Origin: Candidatus Parcubacteria bacterium
Lineage (GTDB): Bacteria; Patescibacteriota; Minisyncoccia; Phycocordibacterales; CAIZLB01
DNA: 64,000 bases
Direction: 5' to 3'
Assembly (NCBI GenBank): GCA_039795775.1
Contig: JBDKLC010000005.1
Span: 3,654 to 67,653, forward strand
This document shows, in pieces, positions 46,095 through 56,005 of this stretch. Position numbers and translations under genes: made by a program. The notes under the pieces were generated by a model, which saw nothing but the letters and a program-made list of their open reading frames with translations, was not told the origin of the DNA and did no database searches. Each line of letters begins with the position of its first letter. The stretch's first letter is position 1.

Positions 46095-48644
46095 ATGTCA
46101 TTACTTTCATCAATTTTCCCAAGTCATTCAGCTCGCCAGATCAAGCGATATCGCCAGACCGTGGCTGTTATTAACGATTTAGAAGAATCAATCAAAGCGC
46201 TTTCAGACGATGCTTTGAAAGCCAAAACACTCGAGTTTAAAACAAAGATAACAGAAGGTGCATCACTCGATGCTTTGTTACCTGAAGCTTTTGCGGTAGT
46301 TCGTGAGGCTACTCGACGAACACTCAACCAGCGACATTACGATGTACAGCTTATTGGAGGTATGATTTTGCATGAAGGCAAAATTGCTGAAATGAAAACT
46401 GGAGAAGGTAAAACTCAGATGGCCACATTGCCAGCGTATCTCAATGCCATTTCAGGAAAAGGAGTACACATTGTTACAGTGAATGATTACCTTTCACGAC
46501 GAGATGCTGTATGGATGGGAAAGATTTATAGCACACTTGGACTTAGTGTTGCTGTGATCAATCACGACTCTTCATTTATATATGATCCATCACACGTATC
46601 ACAAGAAGAAAATACAGAAGAAGAATCAGTAGGTTCTTATAAAGTGATTTACGACTTTTTGCGTCCATGCACAAGACAAGAAGCATACAACGCTGACATC
46701 ACATACGGTACAAACAACGAATTCGGCTTCGACTATCTTCGAGACAATATTGAACATTCTCCAAAAGGAATCCGACAGCGAGATTTCAATTATGCGATCG
46801 TAGACGAAATTGACTCAATCTTGATCGACGAATCACGAACACCACTTATTATTTCTATGCCAGTGTCAGATGCCGAAAGTCTGTATCCAAAGTTTGCAGA
46901 CATTGCTCGAAACATGCAGCTCGATAAGCACTACACAGTAGATGAAAAGTTCCACTCTATTGCTATTACACAAGAAGGTATCGACTTTGCTGAACAAGCG
47001 CTTGGCGTAGCAAACATTTATGCGGAAGGTGGCATCAAGTTTGTGCATCATCTTGAAATTGCTATCAAAGCAAAAGCTCTCTACAAAAATAACGACCAGT
47101 ACCTTGTAAAAGATGGTGAAGTTATAATTGTTGATACATCAACTGGACGACTCCAGCCAGGACGACGATGGTCAGAAGGTATCCACCAGGCTATCGAAGC
47201 AAAAGAAGGCGTTCGAATTCAGCAAGAATCTCGAGCGTATGCTTCTATTACATTCCAAAACTATTTCCGACTCTATCCAAAGCTCGGTGGTATGACTGGT
47301 ACAGCGAAGACATCTTCAGAAGAATTCCTGAAGGTATACGGACTCGATGTTATCGAAGTACCAACACACCGACCAATCGCTCGACTCGATAAAAATGATC
47401 TTATTTTCCAAACAGAAAAAGGAAAGTTCAAAGCGATTGCAAACAAGATTAAAGAACTCAATCAAAAAGGTACACCAGTACTCGTTGGTACAGTTTCAAT
47501 CGAAAAGAACCAACTTCTCTCTGAATACCTCAAACGAGAAGGTATTCCTCATACACTCCTCAACGCCAAGCCAGAATTCGCGGAAAAAGAAGGTGAAATT
47601 ATTGCACAAGCGGGACGAAAGGGTGCTGTTACAATTTCTACAAACATGGCAGGACGAGGTGTAGACATCAAACTTGGTGGCGCACCAATGACACAAGATG
47701 CATACGAAGAAATCAAAGCACTTGGTGGTCTCTACGTACTTGGTACAGAACGACACGAAGCACGACGAATCGACAACCAGCTTCGAGGACGATCTGGACG
47801 ACAAGGTGATCCGGGAGAAACTCAGTTCTTCGTATCTCTCGAAGACAACCTTATGCGAGTATTCGGAACAGACCTCATCAAAAACATGATGGGTCGATTC
47901 GGTATTCCTGAAGATGAGCCAATTCAAAATGGCTTTGTATCACGAGCACTCGAAAACGCTCAAACAAAGATTGAAGGCTTCCATTTCGATAGTCGAAAAC
48001 ATGTACTTGAATACGATGATGTACTCAACCAGCAGCGACGAAAGATTTATGAACGACGACGAAAGATTCTCGTAGGTGATCACGATGACGTTCAGAATGT
48101 ACTTCTCGATATTCTGTCTCGAGCTACTCCTGAAGAGCAGACTGCCATCCAAAAGAAACAACAAGAATTTACAGATGGTGCAATTGCAGCTGGAATGCCA
48201 GCTGAAGAAGCAGCACGAGTATTCTTGCTTACTGCAAAGGGTGTCATGCTCCAGACATTCGACCTCTTCTGGGTTGATCATCTCGAAATGATGGACTACC
48301 TACGTTCAAGTGTGAATCTCCGAGCATACGGTCAACGAGATCCTCTCGTAGAATATAAGAAAGAAGGTTTGCAATTGTTCAAACAAATGGAAGCATCAAT
48401 AGAAGGAGAAATTGTACGAATTCTTTCTCACGTAAGTGGGGAAGTGAGTATGGGATCAAACATTCAAACAATCGAACTTCGACCTAGTGCTCCAGCAGCT
48501 CTTCAATCGACTCCTACAAATGTATCAGCTGCTCCACAAGTCGTAGGTTCAAACGGTGGTGCGAGTGCAGAAGAAAAAGTGGGACGAAACGACCTCTGCC
48601 CATGTGGTTCAGGAAAAAAATATAAAAAGTGTCATGGTGCATAA
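46095..48644 (+). CDS. secA: Preprotein translocase ATPase SecA
   Basis: DEAD-like motor motifs (KTGEGKTQMATLPAYLNA, VDEIDSILIDE), the PPXD/HWD/HSD regions and the C-terminal zinc finger CPCGSGKKYKKCHG. The start is taken at the ATG at 46095. Confidence 0.95.
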   Translation: MSLLSSIFPSHSARQIKRYRQTVAVINDLEESIKALSDDALKAKTLEFKTKITEGASLDALLPEAFAVVREATRRTLNQRHYDVQLIGGMILHEGKIAEMKTGEGKTQMATLPAYLNAISGKGVHIVTVNDYLSRRDAVWMGKIYSTLGLSVAVINHDSSFIYDPSHVSQEENTEEESVGSYKVIYDFLRPCTRQEAYNADITYGTNNEFGFDYLRDNIEHSPKGIRQRDFNYAIVDEIDSILIDESRTPLIISMPVSDAESLYPKFADIARNMQLDKHYTVDEKFHSIAITQEGIDFAEQALGVANIYAEGGIKFVHHLEIAIKAKALYKNNDQYLVKDGEVIIVDTSTGRLQPGRRWSEGIHQAIEAKEGVRIQQESRAYASITFQNYFRLYPKLGGMTGTAKTSSEEFLKVYGLDVIEVPTHRPIARLDKNDLIFQTEKGKFKAIANKIKELNQKGTPVLVGTVSIEKNQLLSEYLKREGIPHTLLNAKPEFAEKEGEIIAQAGRKGAVTISTNMAGRGVDIKLGGAPMTQDAYEEIKALGGLYVLGTERHEARRIDNQLRGRSGRQGDPGETQFFVSLEDNLMRVFGTDLIKNMMGRFGIPEDEPIQNGFVSRALENAQTKIEGFHFDSRKHVLEYDDVLNQQRRKIYERRRKILVGDHDDVQNVLLDILSRATPEEQTAIQKKQQEFTDGAIAAGMPAEEAARVFLLTAKGVMLQTFDLFWVDHLEMMDYLRSSVNLRAYGQRDPLVEYKKEGLQLFKQMEASIEGEIVRILSHVSGEVSMGSNIQTIELRPSAPAALQSTPTNVSAAPQVVGSNGGASAEEKVGRNDLCPCGSGKKYKKCHGA

Positions 48645-48684
48645 TAATTCGATAGACAGTAGTCCATCAGGAGATTTTCCAAAA

Positions 48685-48840
48685 ATGTCCCCAGGACAGA
48701 AGTCTATTGAACATCTTTCACACTTTTGGTGCCCGGCATGTAAGAAGTGGTGGAGTATCGGTGACGCGCCAGCAGACAAACAAGACTGGTTTTGCCCCTG
48801 GTGCGGTACAAAGCATACATTCAACAACGTCCTATGCTAA
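48685..48840 (+). CDS. Small zinc-ribbon protein (two CxxC pairs)
   Basis: MSPGQKSIEHLSHFWCPACKKWW...DWFCPWCGTKHTFNNVLC. A GGAG lies ~12 nt upstream. It overlaps the secA 3' end in another frame and the start of the GNAT gene. Confidence 0.4.
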   Translation: MSPGQKSIEHLSHFWCPACKKWWSIGDAPADKQDWFCPWCGTKHTFNNVLC

Positions 48841-49343
48841 AAGCCATCAAATCTGCCAACAAAGAGGATGTCGTAAAAATTGAAAAGATTATTCTCCAGG
48901 TGATTTCTGATGCACACAAAAAAGTTGATTCAAAGATTGTAAAAAAATATAAAGAAAGCGTTCTTCGAGTAGTAGAAAAAAAAGAACCTGATACGTCACA
49001 GCACTACGTTGTTACCCGAAATGATGACAAAGAAGTCATAGGCTATTTAGGACACAGAAAATGCACCAAAGCATTGCTGTCATTTACGTATACGGCTCAA
49101 CCACTTGAAATCAATGCTCTGTATGTTGAAAAAGAAGAACAAAATAAAGGTATTGGAAATCAAATGATTCAGTATATTCGCGTTCAAGCCGGAGAAAAAC
49201 GATACACGGAAATCATCCTCAGAAGTGGTATTGAGTTTAAAGAATCAAGCTGGGGTTTTTATGAACACCTCGGATTTGAATATCTCGATATGGTAACTGA
49301 TGAAGATGAACACGAGTATGCCGTATTTAGATATAGACTTTAA
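48834..49343 (+). CDS. GNAT-family N-acetyltransferase
   Basis: LYVEKEEQNKGIGNQMIQYI is the acetyl-CoA-binding motif A (Q/RxxGxG/A). The start is taken at the ATG at 48834. Confidence 0.65.
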   Translation: MLKAIKSANKEDVVKIEKIILQVISDAHKKVDSKIVKKYKESVLRVVEKKEPDTSQHYVVTRNDDKEVIGYLGHRKCTKALLSFTYTAQPLEINALYVEKEEQNKGIGNQMIQYIRVQAGEKRYTEIILRSGIEFKESSWGFYEHLGFEYLDMVTDEDEHEYAVFRYRL

Positions 49344-49369
49344 AGAGTACTGTAAGGTAAAATAACACT

Positions 49370-50404
49370 ATGACTCAAACACGAACACAAGTCCTCACAT
49401 ATACAATAGCTTTCATTATTGTATTTGTTTTATCAGTACTTATCTTTTGGCCATTCCTCACTGTTCTTGCCATGGCAGCCGTAATGGCAGTTGTTGTTGG
49501 TCCAGTAAATAAATGGATTTATAAAAAAGTGGGGCACAGAGAAAATATTTCAGCACTCCTCTCACTTATTTTTGTGCTTATCGTAATTCTCCTTCCTCTT
49601 GCACTTCTTGGAAGCAAGCTCATTTCTGAAGCGCAGGCTATGTATGTAAATATTGTTACAAATCCAGATGTGTCTATAGATAAGATCAGTTCAATTATCC
49701 AAGAAAATGGTCAGAAGATTTATAAAGGATTCAACTTTAATATTCAGGAATATGTTGCATTCTTCTCTGCGTGGATTGTGGATCATCTCGGTGGAATATT
49801 TTCAGGAACAATTGATTTTATTTTGAAACTTGTATTAGGTTTCGTTGCTCTCTTTTATTTCCTTCGTGATGGTATTACATTCAAACGACAGTTAGTGGCA
49901 TTTAGTCCATTGTCAGATGACGACGATCGAAGCATCATTTCGTCAGTACGAAGCTCTGTGCGATCAGTAGTTCTTGGTTCGTTTATTATTGCGATCATTC
50001 AGGGCCTTCTCGCTGGTATAGGTTTTGCTATCTTTGGTGTACCAAACTCAACACTCTGGGGAACAACAGCTGCCGTTGCGGCTCTCATTCCAGGTGTTGG
50101 TACTGCCGTGGTATGGGTTCCAAGTGTTATTTATCTTTTCTTTGCAAAAGCTAGTTTTGCCTGGGTGGGACTTCTTATTTGGTCAGTATTCTTAGTTGGA
50201 CTCATCGACAATTATCTCGGACCAAAGATTATCGAAAAGGGTGTAAACATTCATCCACTTCTTATTCTCTTTTCTATCTTGGGCGGACTTAGTTTCTTTG
50301 GTGCAGAAGGGTTCCTACTTGGGCCGCTTGTTCTCAGTCTTTTGTTCGCACTTGTGCGAGTCTATCAGCAGGGTAATAAGTCGGGTACTCATTCAGCAGA
50401 ATAG
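49370..50404 (+). CDS. AI-2E family transporter (PerM/YhhT-like, UPF0118)
   Basis: Eight TM helices. The characteristic conserved block is ALIPGVGTAVVWVPSVIYLF...IDNYLGPKIIEKGVNIHPLLILFSILGG. Confidence 0.8.
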   Translation: MTQTRTQVLTYTIAFIIVFVLSVLIFWPFLTVLAMAAVMAVVVGPVNKWIYKKVGHRENISALLSLIFVLIVILLPLALLGSKLISEAQAMYVNIVTNPDVSIDKISSIIQENGQKIYKGFNFNIQEYVAFFSAWIVDHLGGIFSGTIDFILKLVLGFVALFYFLRDGITFKRQLVAFSPLSDDDDRSIISSVRSSVRSVVLGSFIIAIIQGLLAGIGFAIFGVPNSTLWGTTAAVAALIPGVGTAVVWVPSVIYLFFAKASFAWVGLLIWSVFLVGLIDNYLGPKIIEKGVNIHPLLILFSILGGLSFFGAEGFLLGPLVLSLLFALVRVYQQGNKSGTHSAE

Positions 50405-50406
50405 AT

Positions 50407-51333
50407 ATGAAAACTATTGTTACGCATGGTGCTAATTTTCACACTGATGATGTGTTTGCTACAGCAACCGTACTTTTGTATTTAGAAAAGAATGGAGAAA
50501 CTGCTCAAGTGATTCGTTCGTTTGATGAGTCGGTATGGAAGACAGCAGATTATGTTCTCGATATTGGACGTGTATCAGATCCGGACACAAATAGATTTGA
50601 TCATCATCAAGGTGATGCGGGTGCTCGTACAAATGGAATTCCATATGCTTCATTTGGTTTGGTATGGAAAAAATTTGGTGTTGAACTCTGTGATGGTTCT
50701 GAACGTGCCGCACAGTCTATAGATGATGGAATGATTGCACATATCGATGCTGACGATAACGGTGTTTCAACATATACATCTCTGTTTCCAGATATCAAAG
50801 TATTTACGATTGATGAATATGTAGGAATGGAAGCAGATGCAATAAAATCTCTCGATTACACAGCTGACAATAAAGAGCAGGTCATGGCTGCTTTTGATAA
50901 AAAGTTTGCAGAGCTTGTACAGTGGGCAAAAGGTGTTATCACATCAGCCATAAGTAAAGCTCAAGAAAAGTTAAAATTTGAAAAAGAAGCTATAGAAGCA
51001 TACGAGCAGTCAGAAGATAAACGAATTATTATTTTGAAGAGATTTTTGCCGTACACATTTGCGAATTTCCCTGAACCTCTCATCATCATTTATCCGGATC
51101 TTCGGGTAGAAGGATGCTGGTGTGCGAAGACCGTAAAACTCAAAAATGAATCATTGAAGGCTCGAATTGATTATCCAGAAGCCTGGCGTGGAAAATTTGA
51201 CGCTGATCTCGAACAAGTTACAGGAGTAAAAGGTGCAAAATTTTCTCATGCGAGTGGATTCCTCATGTCAGCATATTCAAAAGAGGCTGTTATTGAATTA
51301 GCCCAAAAAGCTCTCCGTATTCTAGGTAAATAG
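50407..51333 (+). CDS. MYG1-family metal-dependent hydrolase (UPF0160)
   Basis: IVTHGANFHTDDVFATATV...DIGRVSDPDTNRFDHHQ...YASFGLVWKKFG matches the MYG1/GAMM1 signature. Confidence 0.8.
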   Translation: MKTIVTHGANFHTDDVFATATVLLYLEKNGETAQVIRSFDESVWKTADYVLDIGRVSDPDTNRFDHHQGDAGARTNGIPYASFGLVWKKFGVELCDGSERAAQSIDDGMIAHIDADDNGVSTYTSLFPDIKVFTIDEYVGMEADAIKSLDYTADNKEQVMAAFDKKFAELVQWAKGVITSAISKAQEKLKFEKEAIEAYEQSEDKRIIILKRFLPYTFANFPEPLIIIYPDLRVEGCWCAKTVKLKNESLKARIDYPEAWRGKFDADLEQVTGVKGAKFSHASGFLMSAYSKEAVIELAQKALRILGK

Positions 51334-51389
51334 TAGCCTTTCCCTCAAATACTTATATATAGTGCGGTTTTATGCTATAGTCCTTCCAT

Positions 51390-52358
51390 ATGGCATTTGT
51401 AGACGAACTTAGTTTTCACATGAAGGCTGGTCGCGGAGGCGACGGCGTAGTGCGATGGCTTCACGAAAAATTTAAAGAATGGGGTGGCCCAGCAGGAGGA
51501 AACGGCGGTAACGGCGGCGATATTTACGCACGGGCTGTTCGAGATACATGGCTTCTCGCCAAGTATCGACACGTCACAGAATTCTCTGCAGAAAACGGAG
51601 CTCCAGGCGAAGGCCGAAGTAAGCACGGCAAAAACGGCGAAGATTTATATATCGATATGCCTGTTGGGAGTATCATCAAAAACCGACAAACGGGCGATGT
51701 ATATCGACTCGACGAACCTGGTCAGGAGATCCTTCTTTTAAAAGGCGGACGAGGTGGTCTTGGTAACGAACATTTCAAAGCGTCTACAAACGTTTCTCCA
51801 AAACAATCAACAAAAGGTAAACCACCAGAAGAAGCAGATTTTGATATCGAAGTAGAAATTATTGCTTCTGCTGGACTCATTGGCTTGCCAAACGCAGGGA
51901 AGTCTTCACTTCTCAACGCTCTTACACGAGCTGAAGCAAAAGTAGGTAACTATCAGTTCACTACACTCGAACCAAACCTTGGCGATTTATACGGACATAT
52001 TCTTGCCGACATTCCAGGTCTTATTGAAGGTGCATCAGAAGGAAAAGGTCTTGGTCACAAATTCCTCCGACATATTCGACGAACAAAAATGCTCCTCCAC
52101 TGTATTTCTCTCGAAAACGAAAGTCTCGAAGATACTTACAACGTAGTACGATCAGAACTCGAAGCGTTTGACCCAGAACTCGCAAAGAAAGAAGAAGTCC
52201 TTATCATCACAAAGAGTGATATCGCAGGTCTTCCAGATGCTGAAAAGCGAGTGAAGGCTATCAAAGCTTGGAAAGATAGAAAAGTATTTATTGTATCTGT
52301 CTACGACCTCGATGCTATGAAAAAGTTTTCTACCAGCTTGGTAAAAATGCTAGAATAA
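51390..52358 (+). CDS. obg: GTPase Obg/CgtA
   Basis: The Obg fold has Gly-rich repeats (GRGGDGVVRW...GGNGGNGGDIY). G motifs: GLPNAGKSSLLNAL, DIPGLIEGA and ITKSD. Confidence 0.95.
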   Translation: MAFVDELSFHMKAGRGGDGVVRWLHEKFKEWGGPAGGNGGNGGDIYARAVRDTWLLAKYRHVTEFSAENGAPGEGRSKHGKNGEDLYIDMPVGSIIKNRQTGDVYRLDEPGQEILLLKGGRGGLGNEHFKASTNVSPKQSTKGKPPEEADFDIEVEIIASAGLIGLPNAGKSSLLNALTRAEAKVGNYQFTTLEPNLGDLYGHILADIPGLIEGASEGKGLGHKFLRHIRRTKMLLHCISLENESLEDTYNVVRSELEAFDPELAKKEEVLIITKSDIAGLPDAEKRVKAIKAWKDRKVFIVSVYDLDAMKKFSTSLVKMLE

Positions 52359-52374
52359 AAACATTCAACTTTTT

Positions 52375-53850
52375 ATGTCAGATACTGCAACTCCAACAAA
52401 AAAATACTATCCTGTGATTGGTCTCGAAATTCATGCTGAGCTCAAGACAAACTCAAAAATGTTTTGTCCGTGCAAAAATGATACAAACGAAGAACGACCA
52501 AACGTAAACGTCTGTCCAATTTGTCTTGGTCATCCCGGAACACTTCCTACAATCAACAAACAAGCTGTAAAGCACGTGATCAAAGTGGGCACAGCGGCAG
52601 GAGGTCAGATTGCAGATTTCACAGAGTGGGACCGAAAAAACTATTTCTATCCTGACATTCCAAAGAGTTATCAGATCAGTCAGTATGCATTTCCACTTAT
52701 CAAAGGAGGGGAGATCGCTGGTGTGAAGCTTACACGAATCCACCTCGAAGAAGATACAGCCAAGTCATCTCATGACAAAGGCGATTTCAGTCTTGTCGAT
52801 TTCAATCGATCAAGTCTTCCACTTATGGAGCTTGTTACAGAACCAGTGATTCATGATGCAAAAACTGCTGCCAACTTTGCTAAAGAGTTGCAGCTCCTTT
52901 TGCGATATCTTGGAGCCGGTGATGCGAACATGGAGAAAGGAGAAATGCGAGTAGAAGCAAACATTTCTGTAGCAACAGAAGATCCACAGGGTGATTTTAA
53001 AAAGATGGGTACAAAAGTAGAAGTAAAAAACCTCAACTCATTCCGATCGGTAGAACGAGCTATTGAATACGAAATAAAACGTCACATCGACATGATTGAA
53101 GCTGGAGAAAAGCTCGTACAAGAAACACGAGGCTTTGACGAAACAACAGGCAAAACATTCTCACAGCGAGTAAAAGAAAACTCAAATGATTACCGATATT
53201 TTCCAGACCCTGATCTACCAAAGTTGTTTGTATCAGAAATTCCTGAATTTAGTCATGACATAGTTAAAAAAGAGCTCCCTGAACTTCCATGGGAGAAGAG
53301 AGATAAGTTTAAAACTGCATTTGGCATGAAGGACGAAGATGCTGAAATGTTTGTACAGAATGAGTCACTCCGAACATTCTTCGAAGATGTTGCTGCAAAA
53401 CTTCAGGCTGCTGGTAAAATAGACGCTATAAAGCTTGCCATAAACTATATTACGTCAGACATCGCCGGACTTATCAAAAAGTCAGATTCAGATGCTCTCG
53501 CTATTTCAGCAGATCATCTTGTTGAGCTTTTATTGATGATTTCTTCATCAGAGCTTTCTTCTCGATCTGCAAAAGATATCCTCGCAATGAAGTGGACTGA
53601 TGCAGATGCAAAAGATGCTTCACCAAAGGCACTCGCTGAAAAACATAACCTCATCCAGAAGAATGACCCAGAGGCACTCAAGAAAATGATTGAAGAAAGT
53701 ATCGCAGCTAACCCGAACGTAGTCGCTGACTACAAAGCAGGGAAGCAAGCAGCACTCATGTTCTTTGTTGGACAAATCATGAAACAGTCAAAAGGTTCGG
53801 TGAATCCAGAGACTGCAAAAGCAACCATTATCGAACTCCTTAGTAAGTAA
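52375..53850 (+). CDS. gatB: Asp-tRNA(Asn)/Glu-tRNA(Gln) amidotransferase subunit B
   Basis: YYPVIGLEIHAELKTNSKMFCPC...CPICLGHPGTLP and the C-terminal YqeY/GatB domain. Confidence 0.95.
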   Translation: MSDTATPTKKYYPVIGLEIHAELKTNSKMFCPCKNDTNEERPNVNVCPICLGHPGTLPTINKQAVKHVIKVGTAAGGQIADFTEWDRKNYFYPDIPKSYQISQYAFPLIKGGEIAGVKLTRIHLEEDTAKSSHDKGDFSLVDFNRSSLPLMELVTEPVIHDAKTAANFAKELQLLLRYLGAGDANMEKGEMRVEANISVATEDPQGDFKKMGTKVEVKNLNSFRSVERAIEYEIKRHIDMIEAGEKLVQETRGFDETTGKTFSQRVKENSNDYRYFPDPDLPKLFVSEIPEFSHDIVKKELPELPWEKRDKFKTAFGMKDEDAEMFVQNESLRTFFEDVAAKLQAAGKIDAIKLAINYITSDIAGLIKKSDSDALAISADHLVELLLMISSSELSSRSAKDILAMKWTDADAKDASPKALAEKHNLIQKNDPEALKKMIEESIAANPNVVADYKAGKQAALMFFVGQIMKQSKGSVNPETAKATIIELLSK

Positions 53851-53854
53851 TTCA

Positions 53855-54013
53855 ATGAAAGTAATATTCCTCAACGTATACGGCGGACGATTTCATGAAA
53901 ATCTGCTGAAGTTTTTTGCTGCACATCAAGATGTAGATGTTATATGTCTTCAAGAGGTGTATCACAATGCTATTGAATTTGATAGTATGCTTTTGGGCAG
54001 GGGTGTATATTGA
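53855..54013 (+). pseudogene. Truncated remnant (52 codons) of an endonuclease/exonuclease/phosphatase (EEP)-family gene
   Basis: MKVIFLNVYGGRFHENLLKFFAAHQDVDVICLQEVYHNAIEF... matches EEP N-termini (MKxxTxNVxGG...DIVCLQEV) but terminates after 52 aa. Coordinates are approximate. Confidence 0.4.
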
Positions 54014-54079
54014 TTTTATATAAATGTGTGATATAATCACGACTAATTGGTTCATTACAATTTTCTCAGATAGCTCAAT

Positions 54080-54128
54080 AGTCATAGCCAAAAGGGATCG
54101 AACAAGTCGATATCTTTTGGCTATGACT
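54080..54128. repeat. 15-bp perfect inverted repeat with 19-nt spacer
   Basis: AGTCATAGCCAAAAG-(GGATCGAACAAGTCGATAT)-CTTTTGGCTATGACT. It lies between the EEP remnant and the following ORF. Confidence 0.5.
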
Positions 54129-54242
54129 ATCACCTATGTGAACATCCTCTGGCGAACCCAAATCACATTTCAAACATAAAGTTCATTAGAGGTGTTGGCG
54201 AGTGTCGATACTTCTGATGTACTGAACTAGATAAGCATTCGT

Positions 54243-54782
54243 ATGAACTACGTTCAAATCAGCGATGACCGTATCGCAGAAATCACCGAAAAAGCAGCAG
54301 CAGTCGGAGCACGTATCTACGTGATCAGGAAAGTTTGCATCCAGCAAGACCGTGACTGGAAAGATTCAATTACCCAAGGGGCGCCTGATACACCCCCGAA
54401 ATATAGTATCTTCACCCGCCAAGTCAGCGATAGCTATGTGCCGGTATCAACAGAGACAGTGGAAAAAGACATTATTTTGTTTCTTGACCCAAATGAGGTC
54501 AGACTTGAGAATGTCACTGTCTTTGCAGAACGGAGTTCTCTCAAGGTTGCAAACCCACGAGAGGTATTCGCTCTCTGCGAACACCAAGCAGAACTGGCTT
54601 CAGTTATTGAGTGGTCTGGAGTCCAACAACGCTATATACGCCTAGTTGCTCCGGTTCCATTTCAGGCAGAAGCAGGCACATTCATGTGTGCTGTTGGTGT
54701 CACACCCAGAAGCCGCATTGCAACTGTTGATTGGGCGGTCAACTTCAATCTTGAGGGGGATATATACGCCCTCTGCGAGTGA
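54243..54782 (+). CDS. Hypothetical protein (179 aa) with moderately elevated GC relative to flanks
   Basis: Clean ATG-TGA ORF of ~48-50% GC, followed by a strong GC-rich terminator. I recognise no motifs. Confidence 0.4.
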   Translation: MNYVQISDDRIAEITEKAAAVGARIYVIRKVCIQQDRDWKDSITQGAPDTPPKYSIFTRQVSDSYVPVSTETVEKDIILFLDPNEVRLENVTVFAERSSLKVANPREVFALCEHQAELASVIEWSGVQQRYIRLVAPVPFQAEAGTFMCAVGVTPRSRIATVDWAVNFNLEGDIYALCE

Positions 54783-54815
54783 CCTGGCATCTGTAGCATC
54801 TGAGAAATTCTCCCC

Positions 54816-54846
54816 CCCCGAACACGAAGTGTTCGGGGTTTTCTTG
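54816..54846 (+). terminator. Rho-independent terminator
   Basis: CCCCGAACAC-GAA-GTGTTCGGGG followed by TTTTCTTG. Confidence 0.7.
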
Positions 54847-54926
54847 TATAAATTTTGTATAACGTCTGTACATGACACAAATTTGTGTGGTAGTAGGGAA
54901 ATGAGGGCTGTCAGATGCTTAACGTC

Positions 54927-54935
54927 TGGTATAAT
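54927..54935 (+). promoter_or_regulatory. Putative extended -10 promoter (TGgTATAAT) for gap
   Basis: TGGTATAAT lies ~28 nt upstream of the gap ATG. The same motif occurs upstream of glgA. Confidence 0.35.
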
Positions 54936-54962
54936 ACGTGCATTATATTTAAGTAGAGAATC

Positions 54963-55991
54963 ATGAGTACAACAAAAGTAGCAATCAACGGTGCTGGCCG
55001 AATCGGACGAGCATTTCTCAAATTAGCAGTTAAAGAACCTACGCTTCAGGTAGTTGCAATCAACGACCTCGCGGACATTGAAAACATTGCATACCTTATG
55101 AAGTATGACAGTGCATACGGACGATCAGACCTCGACATCAAGGCTGACAAAGAACGAAGTGTGCTCATCATCAATGGCAACGAAGTGAAATACGTAAGTC
55201 AGAAAGATCCAGCAATGCTCCCATGGAAAGATCTCGGAGTAGATATTGTACTCGAGTCTACAGGTCTTTTTACAAGTCGAGAAAAAGCTACAGCACACAT
55301 TACAGCTGGTGCTAAGCGAGTAGTGATCTCAGCTCCATCAAAAGATGCAGCAGGAGCTCCACAGGCAGCTACAATCCTTCTCGGTATCAACGATGACCGA
55401 TTCAAGGATAGTCCTGTTACTTCAAACGCGTCTTGTACTACAAACGCCGCAAGTCCACTCATGGCCATTCTCGATGAAGCTATTGGTATTGAAAAAGCTC
55501 TCCTCAACACAACTCATGGATACACTGCAAGTCAGTCTATTGTAGACGGTCCTGCAAAGAAAGATTGGAAAGAAGGACGAGCTGCAGCTCACAACATTGT
55601 GCCAACATCTACAGGTGCGGCCATTGCTGTTACATTGGCGCTTCCACAGCTCACAGGAAAGTTTGACGGTATTTCACTTCGAGTACCAGTTATCGCTGGC
55701 TCAATTGTAGATGTTACATTTATCGCTAAACGACCTACAACAGTAGAAGAAGTAAACGCAGCACTCAAGAAAGCAGCCGGTGAAGAACGATGGAGTAAAG
55801 TATTTTCTGTTACAGAAGAACAACTCGTATCTACAGACATCATGGGTTCAAAGTATGCATCTATTGCAGACCTTGGCCTCACTCGAGTAGTAGACGGTAA
55901 CTTGGTAAAAGTGCTTGCGTGGTACGACAACGAAATGGGGTACACACACGCGCTTCTTCAGCACGTAGTGGAGGCAAGTAAAATGCTCTAA
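54963..55991 (+). CDS. gap: Glyceraldehyde-3-phosphate dehydrogenase
   Basis: VAINGAGRIGR is the NAD-binding motif. ASCTTNA contains the catalytic Cys. Length 342 aa. Confidence 0.95.
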   Translation: MSTTKVAINGAGRIGRAFLKLAVKEPTLQVVAINDLADIENIAYLMKYDSAYGRSDLDIKADKERSVLIINGNEVKYVSQKDPAMLPWKDLGVDIVLESTGLFTSREKATAHITAGAKRVVISAPSKDAAGAPQAATILLGINDDRFKDSPVTSNASCTTNAASPLMAILDEAIGIEKALLNTTHGYTASQSIVDGPAKKDWKEGRAAAHNIVPTSTGAAIAVTLALPQLTGKFDGISLRVPVIAGSIVDVTFIAKRPTTVEEVNAALKKAAGEERWSKVFSVTEEQLVSTDIMGSKYASIADLGLTRVVDGNLVKVLAWYDNEMGYTHALLQHVVEASKML

Positions 55992-56005
55992 ACGCATTAA
56001 GCCTC

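Noticed and set aside
53852-54133. 93-aa minus-strand ORF
   Set aside because: It is an AT-rich low-complexity translation antisense to the EEP remnant and inverted-repeat region, and has no start context.
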